Shown here: positions 1-10,121 of the stretch, in pieces | Numbering within the stretch: position 1 is the first letter of the stretch | How the letters are laid out: every line of letters begins with the position of its first letter | Source: a virus | Lineage: Duplodnaviria; Caudoviricetes | DNA length: 64,000 nt | IMG/VR virus record: IMGVR_UViG_3300013121_000024 | Location: 32,001 to 96,000 of that record | Reading direction: 5' to 3' (one strand) | Made by a program: the position numbers and the translations under genes | Notes under the pieces: generated by a model | Told to the model about the DNA's origin: nothing | The model's database searches: none | Seen by the model: the letters and a program-made list of their open reading frames with translations, nothing else

Positions 1-183
1 TATTTCTTTTGCTTCAACGAGTCCTTTGGAGGCCAATTTCTTGAAAAACCCCTGGTCGGTCCTTTTTTCAAAGGAGTTGTAATTAACCCTTGTATGCCCG
101 GACCTGTTATGGTAATTATATGTTTTGCTGTTAAAGTGCAACTTAATTGCTACATATTCTCTATAGGCTTCAAACGGTGTCAT
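1..183 (-). CDS. gp59: T4-like helicase loader gp59, N-terminal part (runs off window start)
   Basis: Minus-strand ATG at 183 reads MTPFEAYREYVAIKLHFNSKTYNY...FEKRTD..FFKKL, the gp59 N-terminal pattern; directly downstream of gp33 as in T4-like phages. Confidence 0.8.
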   Translation of the reverse strand, partial: MTPFEAYREYVAIKLHFNSKTYNYHNRSGHTRVNYNSFEKRTDQGFFKKLASKGLVEAKEI

Positions 184-197
184 GATATAACCTGGTG

Positions 198-485
198 TTA
201 ATCTAAAGTTATTGGTAACCTCGCAGTAACAGGAATAAATTTCAATGACTCGGCTTCCTCTGTTATTTTTTCCATAGCTTTTGGACTTTTCATTATCATG
301 CTGGCCACCGATTCAATCTCTATTCCTTTGGTCGTAGAATAATGAATTGCCGAATCAATGATGCTTACGTTGTTAATTTCCGAAAAGGACATAATATCCT
401 TTATTGCCGAACCGGCGTCACTGTGTAATATGTTTGATAATTCATCTTCTCTAATTTTTGTCATAATTGAGTTCCATTCTGTCAT
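198..485 (-). CDS. gp33: T4-like late transcription coactivator gp33
   Basis: SIIDSAIHYS...IEIESVASMI..S....EKITEEAESLKFI...RLP pattern; adjacent to gp59. Confidence 0.8.
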   Translation of the reverse strand: MTEWNSIMTKIREDELSNILHSDAGSAIKDIMSFSEINNVSIIDSAIHYSTTKGIEIESVASMIMKSPKAMEKITEEAESLKFIPVTARLPITLD

Positions 486-867
486 ATTCTTTTTGAATTA
501 TTTTCAAGGTGTGTTCTCGGTCTACAACAAAGAATTCGATTTTCAAAGGTTCAAATTCCTTTATAGCATCAAAAACCACATCTCGGTCAAGATGCCCACA
601 TGTGTATACATCTAATTGTAATAATTTTGGTGTGTCTTCATCCCAAAAATGGGCGGCTGCATGCGACGTTTCCAGTACACAGATTGAGGTAAAGCCTCGG
701 TTGCCAACCATATTACAATAAGCTGTATATGGTCCCATCATAACCTTCATCTTGAGTTTGTCCACCAAAATTTTCATCCAGTTATTCAGGTATTCCGTAT
801 CGTGTGGTTCCGGTGCCTTCATAACTTCAGCCCGGATGATAATGTGTTTGTGTTCCAGAATGCTCAC
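451..867 (-). CDS. speD: S-adenosylmethionine decarboxylase proenzyme
   Basis: GFTSICVLETSHAAAHFWDE...LQLDVYTCG, AdoMetDC autocleavage and pyruvoyl motif. Confidence 0.85.
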   Translation of the reverse strand: MSILEHKHIIIRAEVMKAPEPHDTEYLNNWMKILVDKLKMKVMMGPYTAYCNMVGNRGFTSICVLETSHAAAHFWDEDTPKLLQLDVYTCGHLDRDVVFDAIKEFEPLKIEFFVVDREHTLKIIQKEYDRMELNYDKN

Positions 868-940
868 ATCAGTAATTCCTTATGAAATAGCCTCGTTTAT
901 TTTCTTTGTTGAAATTCCACAGGTTCCGTCTTAATGACGG

Positions 941-1396
941 TCATCGTTTTTGCAACTTCTGAAACTCAAATTCCGCCCAGAGCGCTTTACGGGTAGAGTC
1001 CGAAAGGCTTAATATAGCAGTTTTCGGGTCCACGTCAAGTAACATAGCAACATAATTGGCCCTTGTTATTGGGTGGTCAATCTTGGAGTTGATGAAAAAG
1101 TCTCGTATTGTTTCGCCCTTTGTTACCGGATATCTATTGACAGGTCCGGCCACGGTTTTTTCCACATTCTTGGTTTCAGTGACGGAAACTGGTGCTTCTG
1201 TACTGGTAATAGGAACTTCCTTTTTCCAATCAAGAGATATTATAATTATTAGAAACACTAATATACCAGATATTCCGCCTATTTTTCCCATTCTTTTCAA
1301 TCGACCCTTTGGATCAAAAGGATTGCTGGCCGCGGAAGATACTTTTGGCGTTTTGGTTGTTGGTTTTTTGGGTTTTGTGGTTTTAGTACGTTCCAT
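941..1396 (-). CDS. Hypothetical single-pass membrane protein
   Basis: Hydrophobic stretch GISGILVFLIIIISL. Confidence 0.5.
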   Translation of the reverse strand: MERTKTTKPKKPTTKTPKVSSAASNPFDPKGRLKRMGKIGGISGILVFLIIIISLDWKKEVPITSTEAPVSVTETKNVEKTVAGPVNRYPVTKGETIRDFFINSKIDHPITRANYVAMLLDVDPKTAILSLSDSTRKALWAEFEFQKLQKR

Positions 1397-1423
1397 TTAA
1401 ATTTTTTTCCTCTATATAAACGC

Positions 1424-1790
1424 AAAAAGGAGGGTTTTCTGTTGCCAGGTAAACCCTCCAAACCCCGTTCGATCAGGCAGCTAGTGCCATATCTCCCATG
1501 TGCCAGTTATCATTGGCATCTATGATGTGCGCCTTTAACGACGGTCGCCTTACGGATAACTCCACGTTTTCTTTTGTTTACTGTCGATCCTATTTCGCCC
1601 CCATCAGGGATACATTAATGACAAATTTTCACCTGCTTTGTCTTTCAACCACCCACAGGCACCTTTATCGCAGACTTGGGCAATATTTCTATTGCTGGGA
1701 TGAACACGGCATAATTAATGTATCCTTGGTGAAGGCGCCGGGTATCGCACCCGGGTCCAGCAAAACTACTTGAACACGCTTCAACGTTAT
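1424..1790 (-). ncRNA. ssrA: Two-piece (circularly permuted) tmRNA
   Basis: Acceptor piece with T-arm and CGCCTTC-A-CCA ends at 1727; coding piece starts GGGGGCGAAATAGGATCGAC at 1602; G3:U70 pair; tag ORF 1517-1473 = ANDNWHMGDMALAA*; terminal hairpin plus U-run 1459-1424. The 5' end of the acceptor piece is approximate. Confidence 0.92.
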
Positions 1791-1809
1791 CAGTCTCTTA
1801 TTTAGTATT

Positions 1810-2097
1810 TTACTCCTCGCCACCATCTTCCGGTAACATACCAAGAGCATGTTTATAGACTTCCAAGATGGAATCGAATTCTACAACTTCAATATGTGAT
1901 TTTTTTCGTATCTTAATTAGTTCTTTCATGGCTTTGGTGTTGAATCCGGCACTTTTAGCTTCAGAAAATTTATCCCGAATGTCACTAGATATTCCGGCTT
2001 TGTCCTCCATCAACCTCTCAATTTGTTCAATATATTGCCTAAGTTGATTTTGTGTTGATTTTTGCAATGCGACGATTTCGGTGGCTTCTGTTGTCAT
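1810..2097 (-). CDS. gapR: GapR/DUF2312 family DNA-binding protein
   Basis: QLRQYIEQIERL.EDK..IS.DIRDKF.EAKS.GF.TK.MKELIKIRK. Confidence 0.85.
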   Translation of the reverse strand: MTTEATEIVALQKSTQNQLRQYIEQIERLMEDKAGISSDIRDKFSEAKSAGFNTKAMKELIKIRKKSHIEVVEFDSILEVYKHALGMLPEDGGEE

Positions 2098-2139
2098 GAT
2101 ATATTAGTCTCCTTTTCTTTCTGTTAATCTTATTAAATG

Positions 2140-2146
2140 ATAAATA
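2140..2146 (+). promoter_or_regulatory. T4-type late promoter (ATAAATA)
   Basis: About 45 bp upstream of the plus-strand virion-protein/lysin genes. Confidence 0.5.
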
Positions 2147-2191
2147 ATAGCACGGTACACAATTAATGGCAAGAGGTAAAAATATACACAC

Positions 2192-2752
2192 ATGATCACG
2201 TTTAAGGAATTTTTAGTAGAAGCCCAAAAAGGAAATTCTGATTATTATTACCATGCAACACTGGGAGAAAATATGCCAAGTATAACGAAACATGGATTGG
2301 TTGGAAGTGGTAATACACTTAACAAAAATAAATGGAATTATGGTTTTTCCAAACCCAATGTTGTATACCTAACAGACAATCCAAATCTCAATAAAATATA
2401 TTATAGTGAAATAGGAATTTGGTCAGGGAATCCTTCAAAGGCATCGCGATCTCCTCATAGTATTAGGGTATTACGTATACATAAATCTAAATTAGATCCT
2501 AAATTGTTGAAATCAGATAGAAATATGAGCGGAGAGAAAGGTTATTATGAGTATCACGATAATATACCCCCTGAACACATTGATTTTGGAAATTCTAGAA
2601 CGTTTGGTGGGCATTTTGACAGGGGCACAGATAAATGGAACAAAGTTATGGCAAAATCGATCGCCGGTGGTTGTTTACCCGTATTACCCAAGAAACCCTA
2701 CAGGGAACATAAAAAAAAGCAAAAGGAAGCAAAAGGAATAACCAATGACTAA
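2192..2752 (+). CDS. Putative internal virion protein with ADP-ribosyltransferase-like fold
   Basis: N-terminal MITFKEFLVE resembles T4 internal-protein capsid-targeting leaders; YHAT...SITKHGL...VYLT...YEY...IPP resembles the Tpt1/KptA ART-fold pattern. Confidence 0.55.
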   Translation: MITFKEFLVEAQKGNSDYYYHATLGENMPSITKHGLVGSGNTLNKNKWNYGFSKPNVVYLTDNPNLNKIYYSEIGIWSGNPSKASRSPHSIRVLRIHKSKLDPKLLKSDRNMSGEKGYYEYHDNIPPEHIDFGNSRTFGGHFDRGTDKWNKVMAKSIAGGCLPVLPKKPYREHKKKQKEAKGITND

Positions 2753-3371
2753 AATATTTCCAAAAGTACTAGATATTTCACACTATGACAGTATCAGTTC
2801 ATTCCAAAAGATGTATGATTTTGGCGTTAGAGGACTTATTCACAAGGCCACACAAGGAACTGGATACTTAGACGATAAGTACGTAAAAAGACGCAGACAA
2901 GCCCTGGATGCTGGATTCCTTTGGGGAGCCTACCATTTTGGCACCAAGAATGACATAGAAGGTCAGGTAAACCACTTTCTAGAATATGCTCAACCGGATG
3001 ATAATACACTTGTGGCACTTGACTATGAACCTTATAGAACCTCACAGATGACATTAGAAGGTGCAAGGAAATTCTTGCAGTTAATAGAGAAACGACTAGG
3101 AAGAAAAGCCGTATTATATTCAGGTTCACTAATAAAGGAAGTGCAATCAACACCGGATGAATATTTTGGTGGCCATAAATTGTGGTTGGCCCAATATGGT
3201 TCCAAGGCTGTTCTTCCTCCTAGTTGGAAGAACAAAGGCTATTTTCTTTGGCAGTTCTCTGGTGATGGAATAAACACAAGAGGATATGAGGTTCCAGGAA
3301 TATCCGATGATTTGGACTTAAATCATTATGACGGCACAGATGAAGAATTGGCAGAGGAGTGGGCTAAATGA
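2745..3371 (+). CDS. GH25 muramidase (endolysin)
   Basis: LDISHY, HKATQG, GAYHF, LDYE, LWLAQY, WQFS, DLDLN motifs. Confidence 0.9.
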   Translation: MTKIFPKVLDISHYDSISSFQKMYDFGVRGLIHKATQGTGYLDDKYVKRRRQALDAGFLWGAYHFGTKNDIEGQVNHFLEYAQPDDNTLVALDYEPYRTSQMTLEGARKFLQLIEKRLGRKAVLYSGSLIKEVQSTPDEYFGGHKLWLAQYGSKAVLPPSWKNKGYFLWQFSGDGINTRGYEVPGISDDLDLNHYDGTDEELAEEWAK

Positions 3372-3601
3372 AAGTGCGTTTAAGAGTGGATTCTGCCGTT
3401 GCACAAGATTCCGACGCGGTTATCAAAGCTATGGTTACATACGGAAAAATCAGTGAAACGGATGCTAAAAAAATCATAAATGCCACACTAAGAGTGGGTT
3501 TCTCTAAGTGGTACGAAGCACCCATACCAGAAACCTACTTTAGTATGGTCAAAGATTATGTTTATGGAAAGGGATTTCACCTTGAAAAAGAAGATGTCTA
3601 G
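3368..3601 (+). CDS. Hypothetical protein
   Basis: ORF overlapping the lysin stop. Confidence 0.45.
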   Translation: MKVRLRVDSAVAQDSDAVIKAMVTYGKISETDAKKIINATLRVGFSKWYEAPIPETYFSMVKDYVYGKGFHLEKEDV

Positions 3602-3816
3602 AAAAACCTACTGTTTTTAACTAAAACCATCATCTCTTTAAAGTTCATTTCCACGATCTCATGAGTCTGCCATCGCTGACGGAATGGAAATGTGTGAAGT
3701 TCCTCACCATCGATATCGATGCACACCGACACTACCTCACCTGTACCAGGAATTCTAGCCACCAAGAATTTATCGTAAATCTGCATTTTTAATACCCATC
3801 AAATAGATATAATACC

Positions 3817-4170
3817 TTAGTTGCCGCCAATTAAATCAGTCATTCCTGCTAACACATTTTCTGCACACCTGATTTCATTCTGGAAATACATGTATACCCA
3901 GTCGTGGTCCATATAACACTGCCCTTTGCACCTGATGTGCGTTCTCCTTAGAGCATAACTAGTCGGTTCAACCATATAAACCAGTGTGGACTTATTGCGC
4001 AGAAACAGCGCGGCCTCCAATTCCCTTTGATCTTGGGTGGTAGCACATACAATAATATCATCATCACCCACAATATCAACCAGGCGTGTCGTCCTTCCGG
4101 TACCACGGGAAATTTTATCGTAAAACTCAATGGCCATCTTGGCCATTGAGTCAAATCCATACTTATTCAT
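3817..4170 (-). CDS. Hypothetical protein with degenerate P-loop-like RGTGRTT
   Basis: ORF in the minus-strand gene run. Confidence 0.45.
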   Translation of the reverse strand: MNKYGFDSMAKMAIEFYDKISRGTGRTTRLVDIVGDDDIIVCATTQDQRELEAALFLRNKSTLVYMVEPTSYALRRTHIRCKGQCYMDHDWVYMYFQNEIRCAENVLAGMTDLIGGN

Positions 4171-4920
4171 TTTGGATCACCCATTAATCATTGAAGATTG
4201 TGAGCTTATACTTAGAGGTTTTAGGAGAAACTTTTATCGTCTCCTTGGTAGGCAATAGGTTCCACCAACGAATATCACCTTCCGGGTCCTTCTCGGTGTG
4301 GCTCACATACCACCACGTGGTCTCCCGCGTGGCCGGATTGAATAGGATCAACCCAACGTCCTCGGCGTCATTATACAGTTTGACAAACCCATCGATCTGG
4401 TGGATACTACCACCAGGCTCTAGTATAAGGTCTGACATCTCCGAGATGCCGGTCGCAGTGCTGGAACTACCACGTTGGCCCCACTTAATACGTGATGCAT
4501 ACCGTGAAGGAGCATAATTACAGTGGGGGAACGTCTTTTGGTTCGTCTTGGTCATATTTTCAACCATGTGTCCTGTTTCATTCATTAAGGATTATAATAA
4601 TAGAACCAGTCCTCCGAGGCAACCTATAAAATCCTTAAAGGATTCAATCCTTTACTCTTTTGGCTCATAGTAGCTACCACTTTGTCCGCACCTCTCATGA
4701 CCAGATCCAATATAAATATAATTTGACCAAAAAGTTCCATACCTCTCACTAGAACATTTTCTTGTCCTGACAGGAATGCTATTTCCTGTTACCAGATCAT
4801 TTGGTAGTGGTCTACAACAAATTTGATCTTCAGATTTTTTTGTTTTACTATTATATTGTCCAACGACAACATACCACCGACAATTGACACAATATTTTTC
4901 GGTTGATTTGGTTGGAATTG

Positions 4921-5778
4921 TCATTTCGCTATTGGAGCCGAAATCATTGGCCATGGATTATATTCCCTTAATTCAAAATCTTTATAACGGAAGTCATCAA
5001 TATGTGTAATGTCCGGATTTAATTTCATTTTAGGAAGAGCACGTGGTTCTCTTCCTAATATTTCGTTCACTTGTTCGACATGATTTTTGTAAATATGTAA
5101 ATCGCCGAATGTGTGTATAAAGTCTCCAGGCTTCAATCCTGTCACCTGGGATACCATCATAATCAGTAAAGCATAGGATGCAATATTAAAAGGAACACCA
5201 AGGAATGCATCTGCGGATCTTTGATATAACTGGCAATCCAGATATTTACCATCCCTAACATTGAATTGGAATAGACAGTGACAGGGAGCCAAAGCCATTT
5301 GGTCTACCTCGGCCGGATTCCAGGCCGTCACGACCAATCGACGGCTATTAGGATCGGTTTTTATTTGATTAATTACCTTATTGATCTGATCAATGGACTC
5401 TTTACGGTATAAGTCTTCTCTGGTACCAAATTGTGGATAAAATGCAGACCATGATCGCCACTGTTTACCATAAACAGGACCCAAATTACCATCCTCATTG
5501 GCCCATTCATTCCAAATAGTAACACCATTATCGGTAAGGTACTTTATATTTGTATTGCCTTGAAGAAACCACAATAACTCATGAATAATAGACTTTAGAT
5601 GCACCTTTTTGGTCGTAAGTAGTGGAAACCCGTCTTGTAAATTATATCTGTTTTGGTAGCCAAAAATACTATAAGTACCAGTTCCAGTTCTGTCCGTTTT
5701 TTCGGTTCCACGCGACATTATATTAAATAACATATTTTTGTATTGTTTCATTGTTAATGGTGACCTAAAATGTTTCAA
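4921..5778 (-). CDS. thyA: Thymidylate synthase ThyA (likely start MKQY)
   Basis: [50 protein letters not shown]. Confidence 0.97.
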   Translation of the reverse strand: MKHFRSPLTMKQYKNMLFNIMSRGTEKTDRTGTGTYSIFGYQNRYNLQDGFPLLTTKKVHLKSIIHELLWFLQGNTNIKYLTDNGVTIWNEWANEDGNLGPVYGKQWRSWSAFYPQFGTREDLYRKESIDQINKVINQIKTDPNSRRLVVTAWNPAEVDQMALAPCHCLFQFNVRDGKYLDCQLYQRSADAFLGVPFNIASYALLIMMVSQVTGLKPGDFIHTFGDLHIYKNHVEQVNEILGREPRALPKMKLNPDITHIDDFRYKDFELREYNPWPMISAPIAK

Positions 5779-6444
5779 ATTTATGAGGGTTACAATTGAA
5801 TTTATTTACCTTCCATAGAGGATTATTTTCTCTCCATTTAGACAGTGTTACCTGTCCTATCATCATACATTGTTGTGGTGTCACGTTGTCTGACTGAGAT
5901 TCATAAGAAAATTCAACCTTTTTACATTCTCCTTCATTGAATACCAGGCATACCGTGGCGACCAATTTTAAAAACATGTTGCACAATCCTTTTCTGTTTA
6001 ACTTTTCTGTTTAACTTTTCTGTTTAAATTCGAATATATCCCTTATAGAACGTAGTATCATGTCATTTAATGTTGGATTTGATTTTGAATTTAGTAACCT
6101 CATCGTTTGTAATACATCTATATGTAGTTGAGAAATTACATTATTGTCCATTTTTGTGTTAAAACAGTCCCATATTTTTACGTCATAGTCCAAACTAAAT
6201 AAAATATCAGATTGTTTACTGAGTTGTCCGACATCATCTTTTACCATATTTGACCAAATTATTATATATCTGTGTTATTTCACGTGAGATTTCATTGTGT
6301 GCTGGCCTTATATGTAAGTCAATTTCTCGTAACTGATCATGAATATCAAATAAGTATAATGTTTTACTATCAATCTGCTTTGAAACATGTTTACTCATTT
6401 TGAAATTTACCAATTCCAAAATAGTCTTACATCTGGAAGATTTC

Positions 6445-7116
6445 TTATAGGTATTTGGTAATATTCCAAGCATCATTGCACTCCACAGCATCAAATTCCA
6501 TTACAACATCGAAGTCCGGACACATTCTAAACATTTGGGGAACCAAGTTGCCTCTAGAATTAATCATAGTCTCCAGTTCATGGAAGTCAAGTGTGAAATC
6601 CTCTAACCTTTTTAGACTGTCCAATACAACTTCCACACAGGAAAGTTTATTGCTATCTATTAGGTCAAATAAATCGTCATATGGTCGGCCTGGAAATTCC
6701 AACAATTGATCTATAATTTCCGTCCAGTCCTTGTTTGTTACTTTTTTGGGCGTCAATAAACATACCTTGGAAGCACCGGCAAAAACTTGATCGAATGTAG
6801 AATAATGAACGCCGGTAGCCGTTGCTTCAACGAATTTAAATTTGTTGTAATCGTCCGGTGACGTAAATTTATCACAATTCATCAAGACATGTGTATAATC
6901 TCCCCATTTTCCTGTTAAAAATATAGTCATCAATGAAATAAGGAAGGAGCTTAAACGTTGTCTCTCTGTTACCAAAATTATATAATATCCGGATGATAAA
7001 TGTTTGATCAATGTTTCTTTTTGTTCAACCGAAAATGTCGTATCATTATACGGCAACTTAATTTTTGGAACAAGTTGTGTTATTTTATGGTACAGAGAGT
7101 ACAACCATTCAAACAT
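6445..7116 (-). CDS. Permuted papain-like (YiiX/YebB-type NlpC/P60) protein
   Basis: YTHV...VEAT..GV...GRPYD......SCVEVV order (His before Cys). Confidence 0.6.
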   Translation of the reverse strand: MFEWLYSLYHKITQLVPKIKLPYNDTTFSVEQKETLIKHLSSGYYIILVTERQRLSSFLISLMTIFLTGKWGDYTHVLMNCDKFTSPDDYNKFKFVEATATGVHYSTFDQVFAGASKVCLLTPKKVTNKDWTEIIDQLLEFPGRPYDDLFDLIDSNKLSCVEVVLDSLKRLEDFTLDFHELETMINSRGNLVPQMFRMCPDFDVVMEFDAVECNDAWNITKYL

Positions 7117-7119
7117 TGT

Positions 7120-7650
7120 TTACACTATCCGAAAAGCTATGGCACCGGACACGGACCGGGCCCTCTCTCTTACTCGGCCACCATCGTTGCCAGATTTTAC
7201 GATCCATTGTCCATTGGAAGCTCTACCGGTAATTACTCCAACATGGTGTGGCCAAACAACAATAGCTCCCACATGAGGCCCGTGTGTTTTGCTTCCTCTA
7301 TTCTTCCAGTTACGGGCAAGGTTGTATTCGGGTCCGCCGCCATATAGTTGACGCATGTACCAACCACACCATTTGCCTGGTCTTGAATTATTCCCGTTGG
7401 CTACTATGGAAACTCTCGATCCATTGTATTCTCCATAATACCTTCTAGCTTCGGCCGATGTTAATGTTAAAAACATATAACCAACGGAAATCAAGACAGA
7501 TAAAATTATTGTACGTGTATTAAGCAATATTATTTCCTTTCTATAGTTTCTAGTTCTTACAATGATATTTAGTCGTCGTCTCCTACTAGATATATAATCC
7601 AGATAACAGTAAGTGTGCAGGCAAAAATAATGAATGCCAGGTGTACCCAC
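7120..7650 (-). CDS. Secreted CHAP-like protein (true start probably downstream of 7650)
   Basis: Signal peptide ending AEA; WCGWYM...GAIVVWPHHVG...SGN. Confidence 0.55.
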   Translation of the reverse strand: MGTPGIHYFCLHTYCYLDYISSRRRRLNIIVRTRNYRKEIILLNTRTIILSVLISVGYMFLTLTSAEARRYYGEYNGSRVSIVANGNNSRPGKWCGWYMRQLYGGGPEYNLARNWKNRGSKTHGPHVGAIVVWPHHVGVITGRASNGQWIVKSGNDGGRVRERARSVSGAIAFRIV

Positions 7651-7671
7651 AAAAATGTGAATGTGGATGTA

Positions 7672-8004
7672 TTAAACATGTGTTATTGCCGCATCTTTAT
7701 TTTGTGTTCTCCAGTCCGGCCAATTTCTATGTTCATTAATAGATTGTTTTGACTCAATTGCCATAGCAATTTCTTCTGGTGTATATCCTAAACGCCACGC
7801 ACCATCAAGTGCCAGCAATATGATATCAACCCACTCTTCCAGTGTTTCGTGCTCATTCTTTGCGGTTAAAACTTCATTCAGTTCTTTACTAATGTGGTCG
7901 ATAATTCCGACCTTCCTATCTCCAGGACCAAATGTAGACCTTGAAAACGCTCTTTGTCTGTATAAGTGTGCGACAAGATCATAATTATTGAATTTGTTGT
8001 TCAT
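7672..8004 (-). CDS. DUF550 / MazG-like dNTP pyrophosphohydrolase
   Basis: TFGPG...IIDHISKEL.EV...EEWVDIILLALDGAWR...RNWPDWR. Confidence 0.75.
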   Translation of the reverse strand: MNNKFNNYDLVAHLYRQRAFSRSTFGPGDRKVGIIDHISKELNEVLTAKNEHETLEEWVDIILLALDGAWRLGYTPEEIAMAIESKQSINEHRNWPDWRTQNKDAAITHV

Positions 8005-8335
8005 ATTTTTCCTTTCTTTTAATTTCCATTGGTCTAGGTATACTCACCACACACCACACAACTCTTTATATAACTCATTGTATACCGACCAATATGGATC
8101 GTTGCTTACCACACTGTCAATGGGATGTAGTGTATTATTTTTGAGAAAATAATAGTCGTTTACACTTATTTGTTTTTTTAATTCTGATTGTATTAGAACA
8201 AAAATACTAGATTCAAGGGGCTCGGCCACCGTTGAGGTTTTTGGTTCTGTCATTTGATTATGCCTTAATCTGGAACTTAAAAAAAGAGGAAGGAATGAGC
8301 ATTCCTTCCTCTTGTGTGTTATTTTATTTGGTATT

Positions 8336-9298
8336 TTAGGCCGCCATGGCGTATTCCAGTGCCTTCTCCAGTGCTACAATCTTACGGCCGCGATTGACAC
8401 CAAACCAAGCACTATTGAGTCGGGTATCGGCAGAACGACCTAGCTTATGATCAATGGCATAGGTAACAGCATTCACAGGCTGCCACCAGGTGCCTCGTCC
8501 TTTATCAGCACCAGGCTGGGTTTCCATGATATCGAAAGCGGTCTGAGCCCGGCGAGACATTTCTTCACCATCCTCACCCTTTGTGCCGAGAACATCCTTG
8601 AAATAGTCAACCAACTGGCTTTTCTTGTATCGGTGTTTGGCCAAAACCTCGGCCATCTCCTTGAATTTGGCCATCTGGGCCCGATTGATATTGAGGGCCT
8701 TTTTCACCTCTTCCTGGTTGAATTTGGCGCGATGGTCGAGCCGGAGTTCATGCTTGCTCTTTTTACTCAGAGCAAGGTCGAGTGTGTTGTTACACACAAC
8801 CCGGATACCAGTGTGCTTTGCCACCAAACTTCGGCCATAGATGTGGGGAGACACAAGAAGCATGTATCCTCGCACTGGGTCATCCTTGAACACCTCGAAC
8901 GCCTCCGATGTTTTGGCGAGGGCCCAGAAAATACGACCTTCCTGCAAGGAGCCCATGGTATCCATCTCCATGTCACCAACATCGGTCCATTCGTGGAAAA
9001 ATTCGGCCGCCTCGATATTAGGCACAGGCTCCCAGTCATTCGAGATTACGGTGAGGACCTTAGAGTCCTCGGCCCGAATGAGCGCCTGTCTGTCCGCTTC
9101 GATAAGTTTGTCCTTGTAAATGCCGTATAACGGCACCTTTACCAGTGAAAAATTGTTTCCGGAAACTTCCAGCATCTCTAAAGGAGACATGCCTGGATCA
9201 ACCGGTTCTCCTAGTCCGTGCCAAGGCACGTCGGCCTCTGTACGTTTTGTGTATGCCATACGTGCCTTACCGTCTACGATCTCAAGATTGTGTGACAT
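8336..9298 (-). CDS. DUF932 (phage/plasmid TIGR03299-like) protein
   Basis: MSHNLE...PWHGLG...GSLQEGR...IRVVCNNTL...GTWW..VNAVT..IDH...SAWFG. Confidence 0.85.
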   Translation of the reverse strand: MSHNLEIVDGKARMAYTKRTEADVPWHGLGEPVDPGMSPLEMLEVSGNNFSLVKVPLYGIYKDKLIEADRQALIRAEDSKVLTVISNDWEPVPNIEAAEFFHEWTDVGDMEMDTMGSLQEGRIFWALAKTSEAFEVFKDDPVRGYMLLVSPHIYGRSLVAKHTGIRVVCNNTLDLALSKKSKHELRLDHRAKFNQEEVKKALNINRAQMAKFKEMAEVLAKHRYKKSQLVDYFKDVLGTKGEDGEEMSRRAQTAFDIMETQPGADKGRGTWWQPVNAVTYAIDHKLGRSADTRLNSAWFGVNRGRKIVALEKALEYAMAA

Positions 9299-9475
9299 GA
9301 TATGGGTGTCCTTTGGGTTGTATTGTTGTCAATGATCAGTAATTGTCATTTTCAGGGGGGTACTTTTTACATAATTGGCCACCAACCACACCTACCAGTG
9401 CGATTACAAGACCAATTAATATAAAAATTATAGCAGGAGACATAACTGTTTTCTTTCAGTTCTTAACTTAAGTTG

Positions 9476-9530
9476 AATAATAGAGGTTCCATCACGGATG
9501 GCAACCTCTATTATTCTTCAAGGATAACAA
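9476..9530 (-). promoter_or_regulatory. Sigma70-like early promoter within a palindrome, copy 1 of a 55-bp repeat
   Basis: TTGCCA-N16-TATTAT on minus strand; identical to 10030-10084. Confidence 0.6.
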
Positions 9531-10029
9531 CGTGTTAAGCCGCCTCGGAAACTTCCGTGTCGTTCTGGTCCAATATTACATAGTGTTCAGCCAGCTTACG
9601 GAACTGGGGTACATGGGAATTGAGATGGTTTGCGATCAGTCGAAAGCAATCCTCCAGGACAGCGGACCTTAATACAGTCCGTTCTACAGTTATATTAGGG
9701 GTTTCTTCTTTGTATACAACCCTATACATTCCCATGTTGTGGTGTCCTTTTTTGTTTGCTTGTGTTATCTGTCACATTAACTTATTTAGTACCAATTTTA
9801 TTCACCAAACAGTTCATTCCATTCTTCAGGTGTGATGCCTGTCATGATGAATTCACGGTCTTCTGGTGAAAGATTGGGCATTGCGTTTTGAATTAGCTCA
9901 CCAGCCCGCCAGGAATCAAGCTGTTCCTGCGTGACATCAATTTCCAATTGATGCATTTTACCAGTAAACGGCGATTTACGAACAATCTTCATCGTTTTGG
10001 TTCTTTCTTTCGCTTCATAATTTATGTAT

Positions 10030-10084
10030 AATAATAGAGGTTCCATCACGGATGGCAACCTCTATTATTCTTCAAGGATAACAA
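10030..10084 (-). promoter_or_regulatory. Sigma70-like early promoter within a palindrome, copy 2
   Basis: Exact repeat of 9476-9530. Confidence 0.6.
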
Positions 10085-10121
10085 TAAGTTATAAGAATTA
10101 CAACGGGGTGCAGCCAGGGTA

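Noticed and set aside
1498-1773. Plus-strand 91-aa ORF
   Set aside because: Antisense to the tmRNA gene
5989-6028. Triple 13-bp repeat CTTTTCTGTTTAA
   Set aside because: A short slippage repeat at a gene junction with no evidence of function
8447-9130. Long antisense ORFs (also 16491-17141, 35006-35683, 52581-53216)
   Set aside because: Shadow frames of well-supported minus-strand genes
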